Part shown: positions 43,010 through 54,698 of the stretch, piece after piece
How the letters are laid out: the number at the start of each line of letters is the position of its first letter
Numbering within the stretch: the first letter of the stretch is position 1
NCBI GenBank assembly: GCA_045837725.1
Contig: JBEWZL010000184.1
Span: 434,001-498,000, forward strand
Direction of reading: 5' to 3'
Length of the DNA stretch: 64,000 nucleotides
DNA from: Vermamoeba vermiformis
Taxonomy: Eukaryota
Program-made: the position numbers and the translations under genes
The notes under the pieces: model-generated
Told to the model about the DNA's origin: nothing
Database searches by the model: none
Seen by the model: the letters and a program-made list of their open reading frames with translations, nothing else

Positions 43010-43173
43010 GGGGTAAGCCAGATCTATGGTTAATTTGTGTTGGAGGTAAAGCCTGGCGTGGTTGTAATCATTATTCTTACTGGATCACTACGTTGCGTTA
43101 CTGTTATTCGAGCCTCCTCCAGTTTGTGGCGAGTCTGAACGACCACACTCCGTTGTTATCCCAATTTCTTTTT
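43010..43173 (+). ncRNA. Possible structured Pol III ncRNA (~155 nt)
   Basis: Terminal stem GGGGTAA/TTATCCC, three internal hairpins and a TTTTT end. Its 5' flank resembles that of tRNA-Lys(TTT). Confidence 0.3.
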
Positions 43174-43678
43174 GGCGGTTGAATAAAGGTAACACTTCAA
43201 ATCAATATCGGACGCCAACAATTTATCAAGACGAAAATAGCTTTGTTTTTTGATTGCTAACAATTGCTCAGTAAAGTCGAAAATTTTGGCAAAGCACGCT
43301 AAAATTAAATTAATTACTTTGACGTTCCCCTTTCATTGTTTGGTCAAAATTGAATCAATAATTAATAGGCGGTATGTTAATTATTCTAATTTTATTAAAA
43401 TAAGGATAGTTATATTCGTACAGTTGTAGTCGCACTTCAGATGCCACACTCGCGGAAGTAATATACCGAAATATACTTCGCTGTTAAGAATAACGCGCAA
43501 TTTGGTGTGTAGTGGTAAGTGTTTAAAAATTAAATCGATTACTTTAATCAACCACCAGCCGTTCTCATGTCAACGTCAGTGGCGATGTCAAAGAAGTAAA
43601 TTCGGTAAATTATAAATACCTAAACGTTTCAGCCCTCATTTTATTCATTCTCAACGCACTATAAACACCACGAATAAG

Positions 43679-44401
43679 ATGAAGTACCAATTATTTTTGC
43701 TAGGTGCATTTATTGTCTTTGTTAGCGCCCAATACAACTGCAAAGCTTCAACGGATGGCCTTTTGACTTCGGCACTCACGAACCCCAAGACTGGTCCTTT
43801 GGATGGCGTCACTGCTATCGGTCCCGACGTTCAATTCACTATTCAAACTACTTCCAATTTCATCGTTAGAATGAACTTGTATGGCGATCACTCCATCGTC
43901 TCCAGCGACCAGCGCAACTTTGGAACAAACGGCGTTATGTCTGGCGCCACCTCCGCACTTGATTGGTCTAGAGCTGAACTCGACAGCGGTCTCACGGCCC
44001 TTTCATTCTCGCCTCCCGTCGCATCCATTGTTGTAAAAATGAACTACGACCCTGCATGGCTCAACATTAGCTCCCCTACTATTATCGTCTATAGCGAGAA
44101 CAACACTCGTGTGGCTTGCTACGATATTGAAGCTTTGGCCCCGATCCGAACAAGCGGATCGAACGGATTTGCCTACCGCGGAGTTACCCTTAACTCAAAC
44201 ACTATTGGCTCCGTTCAACTCAGCGGTGCTTCAATGGCCTATTGGGACATTACCTTCGACACTGTTTCGCCGCCCGTCCGCCAGGTTAGTGGCGATTCTC
44301 CATTCTCTGGACCTGGATCAAACCCCGGAACTAGCGATGCTAGAGGCCTTATCGCATCAATCAGTTTGCCATTGTTATTATCATTCTTGTATTTATTCTA
44401 A
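43679..44401 (+). CDS. Secreted, probably GPI-anchored beta-rich surface protein (intronless)
   Basis: Signal peptide MKYQLFLLGAFIVFVSA, Ser/Pro/Gly linker, and hydrophobic C-terminus (LIASISLPLLLSFLYLF*) with no cytosolic tail. Confidence 0.85.
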   Translation: MKYQLFLLGAFIVFVSAQYNCKASTDGLLTSALTNPKTGPLDGVTAIGPDVQFTIQTTSNFIVRMNLYGDHSIVSSDQRNFGTNGVMSGATSALDWSRAELDSGLTALSFSPPVASIVVKMNYDPAWLNISSPTIIVYSENNTRVACYDIEALAPIRTSGSNGFAYRGVTLNSNTIGSVQLSGASMAYWDITFDTVSPPVRQVSGDSPFSGPGSNPGTSDARGLIASISLPLLLSFLYLF

Positions 44402-44678
44402 ATCGATCGATTAAAGCCATAAAGAAAGTTAAATTCGATCAAAATTGCGAAGCACGTGCCTTTCAATATTACCAAAATAGCTTCGGAGCAACCTCTCTGT
44501 TTTCCGGTCGAAACATCCGATCATGGTATCGTTGTATTGTATAATAAGGTTGAATATGAGTAAACGAGGATGACACGTGTCTGTTTTGCCCTGCGAAAAA
44601 ATTATTTTTATTTTCCTCCTCTTCTCACAACAGAGGAGCAATGCTAAATATTGTTCGTTGTAGTATTTAAAATTAGAA

Positions 44679-46306
44679 ATGAACGCAGAGCAGAGCATAT
44701 ACGTTCCAAAAGACATTTGGCGAGAGATCTTGAGAAATCTTTACGATTACCGTAGTTGTTTAGCGGTTAATTTAACGTCCAAAAGTTTCAGAAAAATAAT
44801 TAACGACCGCTTCAAGATTGCTGAGCATTATAAAGGTCAGAGAACTAAGATTAGAAATACTTATTTTCTTATTTTATTAACTACCACCCCAATCATTTAT
44901 TTTTCACAAAGAGATTGTAGCCTATGTGTCAGTCAATTATTCGAGAATATTGTTAACATTAAATTAAGTCAGATCTTATGTGCGTTGTAATGGGACCTGA
45001 AAAAAGCGGGAAAATGACGTTGCTAGCAAAACTAGGACTTCTGTTAGGCTTATTTGGTATGTATTTATATATTGATGTAATTATATTAATCTGTTAATAA
45101 TGTAAAACGATTCAGAACAAGACTCGGAAGATGAATCGCTCTTGGATTCGCTTTGGAACTACTGGAAGGATCAGCCAGACCCTGTATATACAAAATGCGA
45201 GTTTCTTTCGTTCGATAGTATTGGAAGAAATGCCATTATACACTACGTTCGTCAACCTGAGTTTGTTTATATGAAAACAACTCGCGTAAGCTTAGAAACC
45301 GATTGCTTCAATGAAACAACGCGTCAACATACTAATACACTAATATTTGCAGCTTGAAGTCGTTATTTTTGCAATCAGCTATCAACAAGCAATCGAGGAT
45401 CTCGAACAATCCTTTCTCAAGTCAGTCCTAAACTCACTTCGGTTGCGCGCACTGTCGAAGGTACTAGTCGTTATATCACACACAGGTGATACCACTGCAA
45501 TGCAAAACAGTTTCGCGGATATTCGTAGAAAGTATACGGAAGTATACGAACAATACAAACAACACTGGCATCAGTTACAAATGGAAATTGTTCCCGTCGA
45601 TTCAGTCACGGGTTGGAACATACTGCCGCATGCTTCGGACTCATACAAAGGTTTATCATTCTGGGAAACATTGCGGAGATTTCATGCAGATGGATGTCCG
45701 ATCAATGGTCCGTGGCGAGTTTGCTCCGTCGACGTTCGGACTGCAAGTACAATTCAAGCTTATGTGCTCGCAGGAGAACTGAGGGCCGGAGATCTACTGA
45801 TAAACTCCGAGATCGCGCGCGAGATTGAAGAAATCTCGATCGATGGAACAATCGTCGAAAGTGCCTGGGCACAACGATCGCCAATCACGTTGAAGTTGAA
45901 AGGATCGTCAAGCGAGCAAACAATGGACACCACGTCAAAGCCAATTTCAAAGCGTTATATATATGGACCAGGCGTTAAATATGCAACGCGACTAGTGGCT
46001 CGCATTGTATTTTTTGCCTTGACAAAGTTGCCGCTGAAAGAAGTCAAATTACGATCATTAATTGGAGCAGTGGACATTATCAGTTTTAAAGTGCTCAGTT
46101 ATCTCGATCCAATTACCTATGAACCAGTTCCAACTAGCATTGATGACTTTATTCCTCAAAATGAAATTGTCTTGGCCGAGATCGAGATCAGCACCCCGAT
46201 CTGTATAGAATCCGAATCGTCGTATCCTGACCTGGCAATGGTACATCTCACAATAGGATCTTCGTTAGAAAATGGTGCTTTATTGGCTGTGGGCATGATG
46301 ATTTGA
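44679..46306 (+). CDS. F-box fused to degenerate eEF1A/eRF3/Hbs1-like translational GTPase fold (copy 1)
   Basis: Exons 44679-44835, 44973-45056, 45116-45285, 45353-46306. F-box VPKDIWREILRNL...LTSKSFRK. P-loop GPEKSGKM. IVPVDSVTGWNI; PICIESESSYPDLA...LLAVGMMI. Confidence 0.8.
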
Positions 46307-46548
46307 GCTGGTAGAACCAAATAAGCAGGAGTTGTAGATTGTACACTGTTCCGATATTAAGTTATTACGGCACATTGTTCGTGTAAATGGCACCGATTAT
46401 AGACTTAATATACTCAATGAATTTGTCAGATCCTCTGATGACATATCGCCAAGCAGTTGACACGTGTCAAAACTATTTTTGCTTTGTAGTTTGATCGAAG
46501 ATTATTTTAACTTCAGTTCGGTAGCACATACATGTAAACCAAACATAG

Positions 46549-48313
46549 ATGGAGCAGCTTAATATTTATATTCCTGACGATGTTTGGCGAGAGATCCTGA
46601 CCAAGCTTATCGATTACAGAACCTGCTTATCGGCTTATTTAACGTGCAAAAAATTTAGAAAATTAATACAACCACACTTGCAAGCCATTGAACGGAATAA
46701 AGGTAAAAATCAAAAAAAGCGAATTTAATTCTTTTGATTTGAATTTTATTTAATAATGAATGTTAATTATTAACAGTCTAATACGATTAAATTTGTGCAT
46801 ATGATAATATCGTTATAATTGTAATTGATCTATCAATTTTATTAACGAGTTTTACAGATCTGATCTGTACGATGGCTGGACCCGAAAAAAGCGGCAAAAC
46901 GACATTACTAGCAAAATTATGTATTTTACGCGGGTTGTTTTGTAAGTAAATACGAATTCTAATTTTTGACCTTATTGAATTAATGATTCAATTTAGCCCA
47001 AAATCCTGGCGATTCTGTGACAGACTCGTTACCCGACTTCGCAAAAACTCAGAAAATGCGGCACTCATACGTAAAGTGTTTATTTCAATTAGAAGATACC
47101 GCGAGAAGGAAATTGTCCGTTTATGACTTTAAACGAAGTGCGCACGGTTTTACTCTCCGAAAGAATCACGTAAGCTCCGTTGTTATCTAAATTTTTCTTC
47201 GAATTTAGCGACTATTTTGCATTTGCAATTAACACTTGAAATTAGGTGATGAACAGCGTACTGTAAAAATTAAAAGTTAAAGCCGCCGTTAATTTTTGGA
47301 AATTTCAGATTGATCTTGCCATATTTGTCGTTAGTTTCGAACAGTCGTTGAAAGACAGCATTCGCAGATTGAGCTCAATGCTGAATATGATGCGAGTGAA
47401 CCAATGGTCGCAAATTTTACTCGTCATCTCGCACATGGACAGCACAAAAGTTCAACAAGACGATTACAAGAACATTTGCAGAAAGTATATGGAGGTATAT
47501 GAAGAGTACAAACAGCACTGGCCTCAACTGCAAATGAAGATTGTGCCAGTGGATTCAATTACGAATTGGAACATTATGCCACGTGACGTCAATTCAATGA
47601 ATGACAGTAATAATAACAATAGGAGCATATTAGAGAATTATGAAGGTCTTTCATTCTGGGAAACATTGCAGAGATTTCATGCGGATGGTTACCAGATCCA
47701 CTGTCCATACCGAATTTTCTCAGTTGAAAGTCCACTTCATTACGCATATCAAGCCTATCTGATGGCCGGAATATTGAAGGTCGGGGACCTCCTAGTAAAC
47801 TCCGAGATCAAACTCGAGATCACAAATATCTCCGTCGATAGAACGTCCGTCAAAGTTGCCTACGCGCAAGCCGAACCACTCACTTTAAGATTGAAAGGAG
47901 CGGCTAAAGGACGATCTAAATGGCCTCGAATATATGGCCCAGGCTTACGACAGACCTCTTCCTTCGTTGCGCGAATGATTTTTTTGCGATCCGTCGAACT
48001 TCCGCTGCCAGAAAACATGCGTTTCGAATCTACATCCGGACACAGGCAAATAACCAACTTGACAGTGATAAAAAGTCTTAATGCGATCACTTACGAGCCT
48101 ATTGAGAGGGTCTACAACAAGAAACTAGAAGGCCATATCTTCTCTAATGAAATTGTGTTGGTCGAAGTTTCGTTGTTTGATCCGATCTGCATTGACCAAG
48201 AATCAACGTACCCTGACTTTGCAAGGTTCTATGTCACTGGCAAGAGTATTTCGCCGTATGGCAGTATAGCCGCGTTGGGCGTAGTCATCAGTGCTGATTG
48301 GAATAAACTGTGA
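46549..48313 (+). CDS. F-box fused to degenerate eEF1A/eRF3/Hbs1-like translational GTPase fold (copy 2)
   Basis: Exons 46549-46702, 46858-46941, 46997-47169, 47309-48313, with the same intron positions as copy 1. F-box IPDDVWREILTKL...LTCKKFRK. P-loop GPEKSGKTT. LVISHMD; PICIDQESTYPDFARF...IAALGVV. Confidence 0.8.
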
Positions 48314-48423
48314 TAAAAAGAATTGTTCGAACTTTTAATTTGGCATTCAATTGACACGCGTCATATTCATGACAAATACGGAGCGCACTATGAGTAGAAC
48401 AGGCTTTAGACAAAAAATACTGC

Positions 48424-48506
48424 TTGGGTATCTACGGCGGAAGTCGAATCCGCGACCTCGAGAACACAGTCCCCCGCTCTCCCAGCTGAGCTACGTTGAT
48501 ACCCAA
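48424..48506 (-). ncRNA. tRNA-like RNA or pseudo-tRNA (Tyr-like body, 5-nt anticodon loop, extended terminal stem)
   Basis: Minus strand reads TTGGGT-ATCAACG-TAGCTCAGCTGGGAGAGC-G-GGGGA-CTGTG-TTCTC-GAGGTC-GCGGA-TTCGACT-TCCGC-CGTAGAT-ACCCAA, followed by a T6 terminator. Confidence 0.7.
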
Positions 48507-48703
48507 CAGCCTTATAGATAATCGTAGTTTACAGGTTCAAAGCTTTCTCGGTAAATTGAGGGACTAGGTTTCGTAACAAAAATTCGGCCGATGTATTCTT
48601 TTGGTCAATTTTTTGCTATTCTTTTTTTCAATTCTTTGTGAACGAAAAAACTATTTAAAATGAACAGTTCATCATTATCTTCAATCATTTCAATAGAGAC
48701 ACA

Positions 48704-49427
48704 ATGCCCAGTTCTGTTCCCTCAAGCAACTTTGTTTCCGACACTGTGCTCCAAAGAATTGAGCTCACTGGAGTGCAAAACTACCTCGATCTCAAATCGC
48801 GTATGCGTAGTAAAGCAAGCAAGTGCAAGGAGCTACCAGCACTAGAGCAGCTGCAAATTGCTATTCTTCCATCCAGAGACGGAGATCCTCTAGTTGTTTA
48901 TGACGATGCAACTCTCACGGAGCAAGTCCGTAAAATACCCGGCGACAAGGTGTATTGCAGTCTTTATTGCCCTGCGACGCAGAAATTACTTCAAGAGGAG
49001 GTCTTAATAGCCAAAGAACTTCGGAAAGAATTGAGTGACGTGATTCGCTCTCACTCAAAGTCGAATGCGGAGGAAAAGGCCGAAAGTTTCTTTACACGTA
49101 TTAAAAGTAAGTCTTAAATTACCGTTTTTTCAAAAAAAAAACAATTCTTTAACTTTTTTTATGGCAGATGTAATCTCGCGACACCCAAAATTAGCTGCAA
49201 CAATTGGAATCTGCGCTGTGGCAGCTGCTGCATGTTTCTATCCAGTGGCTACGCTGATTGCCGCTGGTGCGGCTGCAATATACGCCTTCAGAAACTATTT
49301 GCAAAGTTTTTTGCTCAAGTTGAAAGACGCGTTAGTAGCTGTTGGCGAGTGGGTTTGGAATCACGTCAAAACTTGGTACGACAAGTTCTCCAATGGCATT
49401 GCAGCTGTAACCCGATGGATTTTCTGA
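48704..49427 (+). CDS. Membrane protein with possible PB1-like N-terminal domain
   Basis: Two exons (intron ~49107-49167). DGDPLVVYDD resembles an OPCA motif. Hydrophobic hairpin ATIGICAVAAAACFYPVATLIAAGAAAI and amphipathic Trp-rich tail. The 5' end is uncertain. Confidence 0.6.
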
Positions 49428-49580
49428 GAAATTTTTCATTTGGCCCTCGCTCAAACGCGAAAAATAAACTGACGAAAATCGGTTGAATTATGTCGTGAGT
49501 GAACTTTGTACAATTTTTGTTGACTATTCAAAGGTATTATAATACAATTTGTTGGTTTAGATTTACGTAACGCACCGACG

Positions 49581-52500
49581 CTATGATATGTAATAATCAT
49601 CGTGCGGCAACAAGCTCCATCCGACCAGCGAATCCAAAACCCACTGGATGCGTAAAATTAATAAACTGATTCTTGCAAAATGTCGTATAATAGATAGTCA
49701 ATATATATGACATACCTTTTCGGATACAGCGGGCGCTTTAGTTTGCAACTTGCCACGCAACTTTTCGTTTGAGATCAGGACCGTTGCTTCTGATCGATTT
49801 TTTGCCATCTAAATGGCATGCATTAATATTAAACATCAATAGTGAAATAATATAAAGATAATATAAAGTTATCTTGACGTAGTTATTAAACTAAAGGCGG
49901 ATGCGGATCCGTCATTTACTTTCACTTACCTGACCACCAGCGAACATAATAATGTTGCGCAAGTCTTCAACGGGCACACGTGTCTCGCCTTCAATCCACG
50001 CGCAAGTATCTGCAAATAACAACTTGCCCGCAGCGTGTCCTTCACGAGCAGCTCTGCAGCCTGGAAACCAATCTGTGGCCTCGTAGTCATCAGCGACTAG
50101 AATCTTCTTTTGTTCGACACAATCATGTAGGAACTGGCTAGAGACTAAATACAGACCTGCAAAGTATTGCGTTAATTACTAATTGAATACAAGGTCTTCA
50201 AACATGACACTTTGACACGTGTCATCGAAACTTTTTTCCGTGGCTAACAGATTTTTCACTTCAAACTTCGACAAAAAGGCTTATTACAGTGTATGTTATT
50301 CAATTCAAAGTGTTGTAAGACACTTAAAGATGACACGTGTCAAAGATATTTTTCATGTGTCAAACTGTTTTAGCTGGATCTGTCATTGTATCGATTCGAA
50401 AGATATACTTGAGTATTAACATATGCTACCATACGTACCTCTAGCAATGGCTTGCAACACTTTCAAAGTCCGTTCATTTTTGCAGATGACCACGTGCGTG
50501 ATTCCGACGAGTGTTTCAGCCTCCAAATCGAACGTTACTGTCGTTGGCATCATCGCTGCAAGCTTTGAGGCTGATTCATGAACCGAGTCATCGCACTTGG
50601 AACATAAAAATCTAATCGTATTGAAGTTCTAAATCATAATTCAAGTTAGTTTTGGATCGGGTTCAGATCGAATCCAAAAAATTTTTAAATTTAAATAATA
50701 GGACTTACTTTACTATGCCGCCTTTGCGATCGCTTAAGAGCACTACTATGTTGTCCATTAGCACTTTTTTCGCTATTTAATTTTTCATTAATCTTGTCGC
50801 TCTCTTTAACCACCGGATCGAGTCTTTTAGATCGCGTAGAACGTTTAAGATTCGCTTGTTTTGGCTTATTATCTTCTTCTTTAATATCACTAGGCATTTC
50901 TTTAGTACGAGCTCGTCGCAGCTTGGGTTTTGAAGTACTTTGATCTTCTGCTGGTTCCACTTTGTTATCACTTCGCCGCCGTTTTAATGGCCGAGCTGGA
51001 GTTGACTTAGAAAGACCCTATATAATATTAGCAACTATAATATTTTAATTGAAGATTAATTGTAATTAAAGCGAGATCCAATTTCGATTTAAATTTTTAA
51101 AAACTTACTCGTTTACGTTTCTTATTGCCATTATTATCTTCGTCACTCTTATTCTTATCATGCTCATCTTCGTTCGGAATTTCAATCGATTCTGCGTCAG
51201 TTTGAGCTTCTTCAGGAACTTTCAAACTCGTCGGATCTGATTTTTGTTTTTTATAAACAGCAGCATTGATAATAGTCTCTGTATCCATATGACTCGTAAT
51301 CTGGATTGGAGTGCTACTAGTAGCTCTATAAGGACTATTTTGCGATTGTTGCTTCAAATTTTCCAAAGGCGGAAGAGATGCGGGACTCGACATCCAACAA
51401 TCATTTTCGAGCATCATTTGCACGCTCAGGGCTATAGTACTCTCCTTAATAACCTGCGTACTCGGTTCTCTATTAAATAAGCTATTATTCAGCTCTTCTG
51501 TCCTATTCAAGCTGTCGTCTTGTGGATGTTGTTCCGCGGTATCAGCAGATTCGGATCCGCTGTTCTTTTTCTTCTTATCGTCCATTACTTGCGTAGCATC
51601 ATCAGTAGTATCGTTCATATCGTCATTATTACTCGTTTGTTGACCAGATCCTGCTCAGAAAAAAAAATAAATAAAAAATAAAAAAAAATAAAATTCATTA
51701 ATTTACCATCCGCGAATCTAGACTTAGGCGAGGTACTACTCTTAGCATTGCCTTCATCGTCTGTAGACTCATTTGCCACATCAGATCCGTCATCGTCCAT
51801 CAAAAGTTTTAAATTGTCATTGGCGGGCAAATCGAGTTCTTTAATAGGAGACGTATAAAAGCTGTTCTCGCATCTCACTCGATCCGAACTTTGATCACCT
51901 ATAATAATTTCAAATTAATAGGCGTAAATAAGACTGAAATTTTGAATCAATAATGGATTGCAACAAAATTCCGAATTTAAAAAAGTGGATCCGTCGAAAT
52001 AAATGTATTTACGTAGTGTACTTATTATTTCCATAGTAATGGCTATAAAATTTGTTGTCGGGATATTTATCCATGAAAATAAGAACGAGATCCACCTTAA
52101 ATCGCAAAAAAATATTTAAAACACAATTAGAATTACCTTCACGTTCATCGCTAGACAAAAATAGGTCTCGTTCACTATCATATCCACCATCAGTGGATTG
52201 ATTTGGCGTTAAATGTCGTTTGGATTTGGGTCTTCTCGGACTTCTTGGTGTTTTATTGCTGGTGTTCGATCCAATGATTTCATGTGTCATATTTTGCGAT
52301 GAAGGACCTGACCTAGGTGAGCTGTACATTAGGCCATGATGCTGGCTGCCTCGTTTTTGAGATTCGTTTTCGCAATTTTCCTTATCCGCCACAGGAGTGT
52401 CTTGTTTCGGAGATCCCAATAGTTTGACCGTGAAATCGCTTTCACAGACTCGTTTTTTATTCTTTTCGCAGCTAATTAAAATGATTTAACAATTTGTGCA

Positions 52501-52811
52501 TTTTGATCTGATTTTTTTGTTTCACTTACTGCTTAATCCAATTTTTATTGACTAGCTGTGCGCTTTTTGCGTCTCGCTGCATTTTCCTCGTGATATTTTG
52601 CTTATCTTCTATAATTATATGCGTTACTTTTTTAGTTACGGAGTCTACAACCTGTTGCAAACAAAATAATTAATTCAAATCTAACGAGATCAAATTCTAT
52701 ATCAATCATATAATAACATACTGTTGCTCCTAATCGTGTAGCAATTTTTTTTAATGCTGTGTCGTCTTGATTAAAGAAAATAACCACATCACGTAACACT
52801 TTGGATGCCAT
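49581..52811 (-). CDS. Microcephalin (MCPH1)-like BRCT protein: N-terminal BRCT, long disordered linker, tandem C-terminal BRCTs
   Basis: N-BRCT (ATRLGAT...VTHIII...VNKNWI). C-BRCTs (THVVICKNERTLKVLQAIARG; LRNIIMFAGGQ...VSEKWVLDSL). Confidence 0.75.
50205..50342. repeat. Two TGACACGTGTCA palindromes in one intron
   Basis: Perfect copies at 50213-50224 and 50331-50342, within an intron of the BRCT gene. Confidence 0.85.
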
Positions 52812-53193
52812 CAACAAACAGAACAACGACTAAGAGCAATTAATTATGCCAACATACTGCACTAATAATACACTGCTTGTATTGTAGTCAGTACGTTTGA
52901 TTTTGAGATCTGGAAGCGGAACGGAAAAGGCACGAACAAATCAATCACAGCCAAAGTCATTCATGAACGGAATAACGCTTGAGTACACTGTAATTAAGAT
53001 GTTACTATATTTAATAAGGATTAGGATCGTTTCAGATCATGCATTACGGAAGATAAGACCTTCTGCAATTCTTCATTCTCCTATTTTTCACGATCTGAAA
53101 CGCAGAAGGCCACAACACTCATATAATTACTAAAGCATCTTATTATATACTTAAATATTAAGATTAAGGCGTCATTAATAGCAACGGTCAGAG

Positions 53194-54217
53194 ATGGAGG
53201 CAAACCAAGAAGTGAAAACCGTTCAGATCACACCCGAAGAATATATTAAATTATTCAAAGGTATAACATAGCGTAGGATATATAATTACATATTACTTTG
53301 GATTTTTTAGATTTTTTACGCGTAAAAGATAACAGTAATCTGGATTTAATTTTTTCAACAGTTTTTTTGCGCCTAGCTTTGACTGATAGATTTGTTTAGA
53401 AGGAAATAAGCCTGATTATCACTTTAGCGGCATTTGTGGCCGTGTAATTCGTGGTACTAAGCCAGAGCATTTTGACCGGATGTCGACTGAAGACTACAAA
53501 CGCATTTCATGGCTTTTAGGACCTGATGCCCTGCGTGATTTAATTGGATTAGATAGTATTGATGGCATGTTGCATATTGGTAACGAAGCTGAGTGGCTTT
53601 TATACAAACTAAGTAAGTTTTTTCTGCACGTGCTCTCGATCCCGTTTGAGAATTTTAAAAATGAACTTCTTTTCGCTTATTTTTACTATTAGATGATGGC
53701 AATGAATTCAAACTCGTAGTATTTCCGCAATTAGAAGACATGGTTCTCGCTACATGGGAAAACTTGATGCAGATCGTCCAAATCCAGTTCCCCGAGATCA
53801 GACCGGAGATTCTGAACGCACAAATTGAAGAATTGAAGAAAATACCATTTGACGAGATTCAAGAGCGAGCTGGATTTGATTTTGAAGAGATTAAAAGATT
53901 AGGCCGAAATCACGAGAAATACTTTACTGCTGAAAAATTAAATGCGAGTCCAGGTAATTAATCAAAATCTTTACCGAATGTAATTATAGTGTTTAATGTC
54001 ATATTAAGCGACCGTCATGGAGGTTAGAGCATTTTTGTACCACGAGATCGGATGCAGCCGGCTTTACACAGGAAATGGACGAGGCAAGCATCCATTAGGC
54101 CACGAAACATCAACAGAGTACTTGGCGAAGAATAGAAAGTTCAGCGAGATTCCGTCTGTTCAGTTCATCCTCAAATTTGATCTTGATCGACTGAAACAGC
54201 TCGCCAAGAAAGATTGA
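53194..54217 (+). CDS. Globular protein of unknown function
   Basis: Four in-frame exons: MEANQEVK...CGRVIRG...RISWLLGPD...FKLVVFP...ATWENL...RAFLYHEIGCSRLYTGNG...EYLAKN. Confidence 0.7.
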
Positions 54218-54344
54218 AAATACCCGAATTAACCAGCTAAGTTGTATTTTTATTATCAATTAAGTGCCAAATGGCAAATTAATATGATTGGAATTGAAAT
54301 TAGCCCGTTATAACAAAAATCCGGTGTTATCCGAGATCTAGTCA

Positions 54345-54698
54345 TTACATCACTAATGCAAGCATAGCAGCAAAGATGTAATAGAAGAAATTGAAAGACG
54401 TGACGACGGCGCTGCTAGCTTTAGTAGGAGGCTTAACGGGGGTCTTGACTGGAGCGGATGTGGGTGTTGCTACGGGAGTTGCTTTAGGAGCTGCGACAGG
54501 AGTTGCAACGGGAACGGCTTTAGGAGCTGCGACAGGGGCTGTTACGGGGGCTGCAACGGGAACTGCTTTAGGGGCAGCTACAGGGGCAGCTACGGGTTGA
54601 GCGGATGTGGGGGCAGATGTGGGGGCGGTGACGTTGGCTCCGTGGGCAAATGTGACGCAAATAGCAATAAGAAGGAGAGAGGTGATGAAGCGGGTCAT
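54345..54698 (-). CDS. Small secreted Pro/Ala/Thr-rich (AGP/mucin-like), probably GPI-anchored protein
   Basis: Signal peptide, tandem PVAAPKA(V/T)/PVATP repeats, hydrophobic C-terminus. Confidence 0.85.
   Translation of the reverse strand: MTRFITSLLLIAICVTFAHGANVTAPTSAPTSAQPVAAPVAAPKAVPVAAPVTAPVAAPKAVPVATPVAAPKATPVATPTSAPVKTPVKPPTKASSAVVTSFNFFYYIFAAMLALVM

Noticed and set aside
42410-43182. Short ORFs at 42410-42619, 42653-42871 and 42904-43182
   Set aside because: They overlap or flank the tRNA genes and show no protein-like features.
44679-48313. Calling the two genes bona fide eEF1A, eRF3 or Hbs1
   Set aside because: The G2, G3 and G4 motifs are lost, divergence is extreme and an F-box is present.
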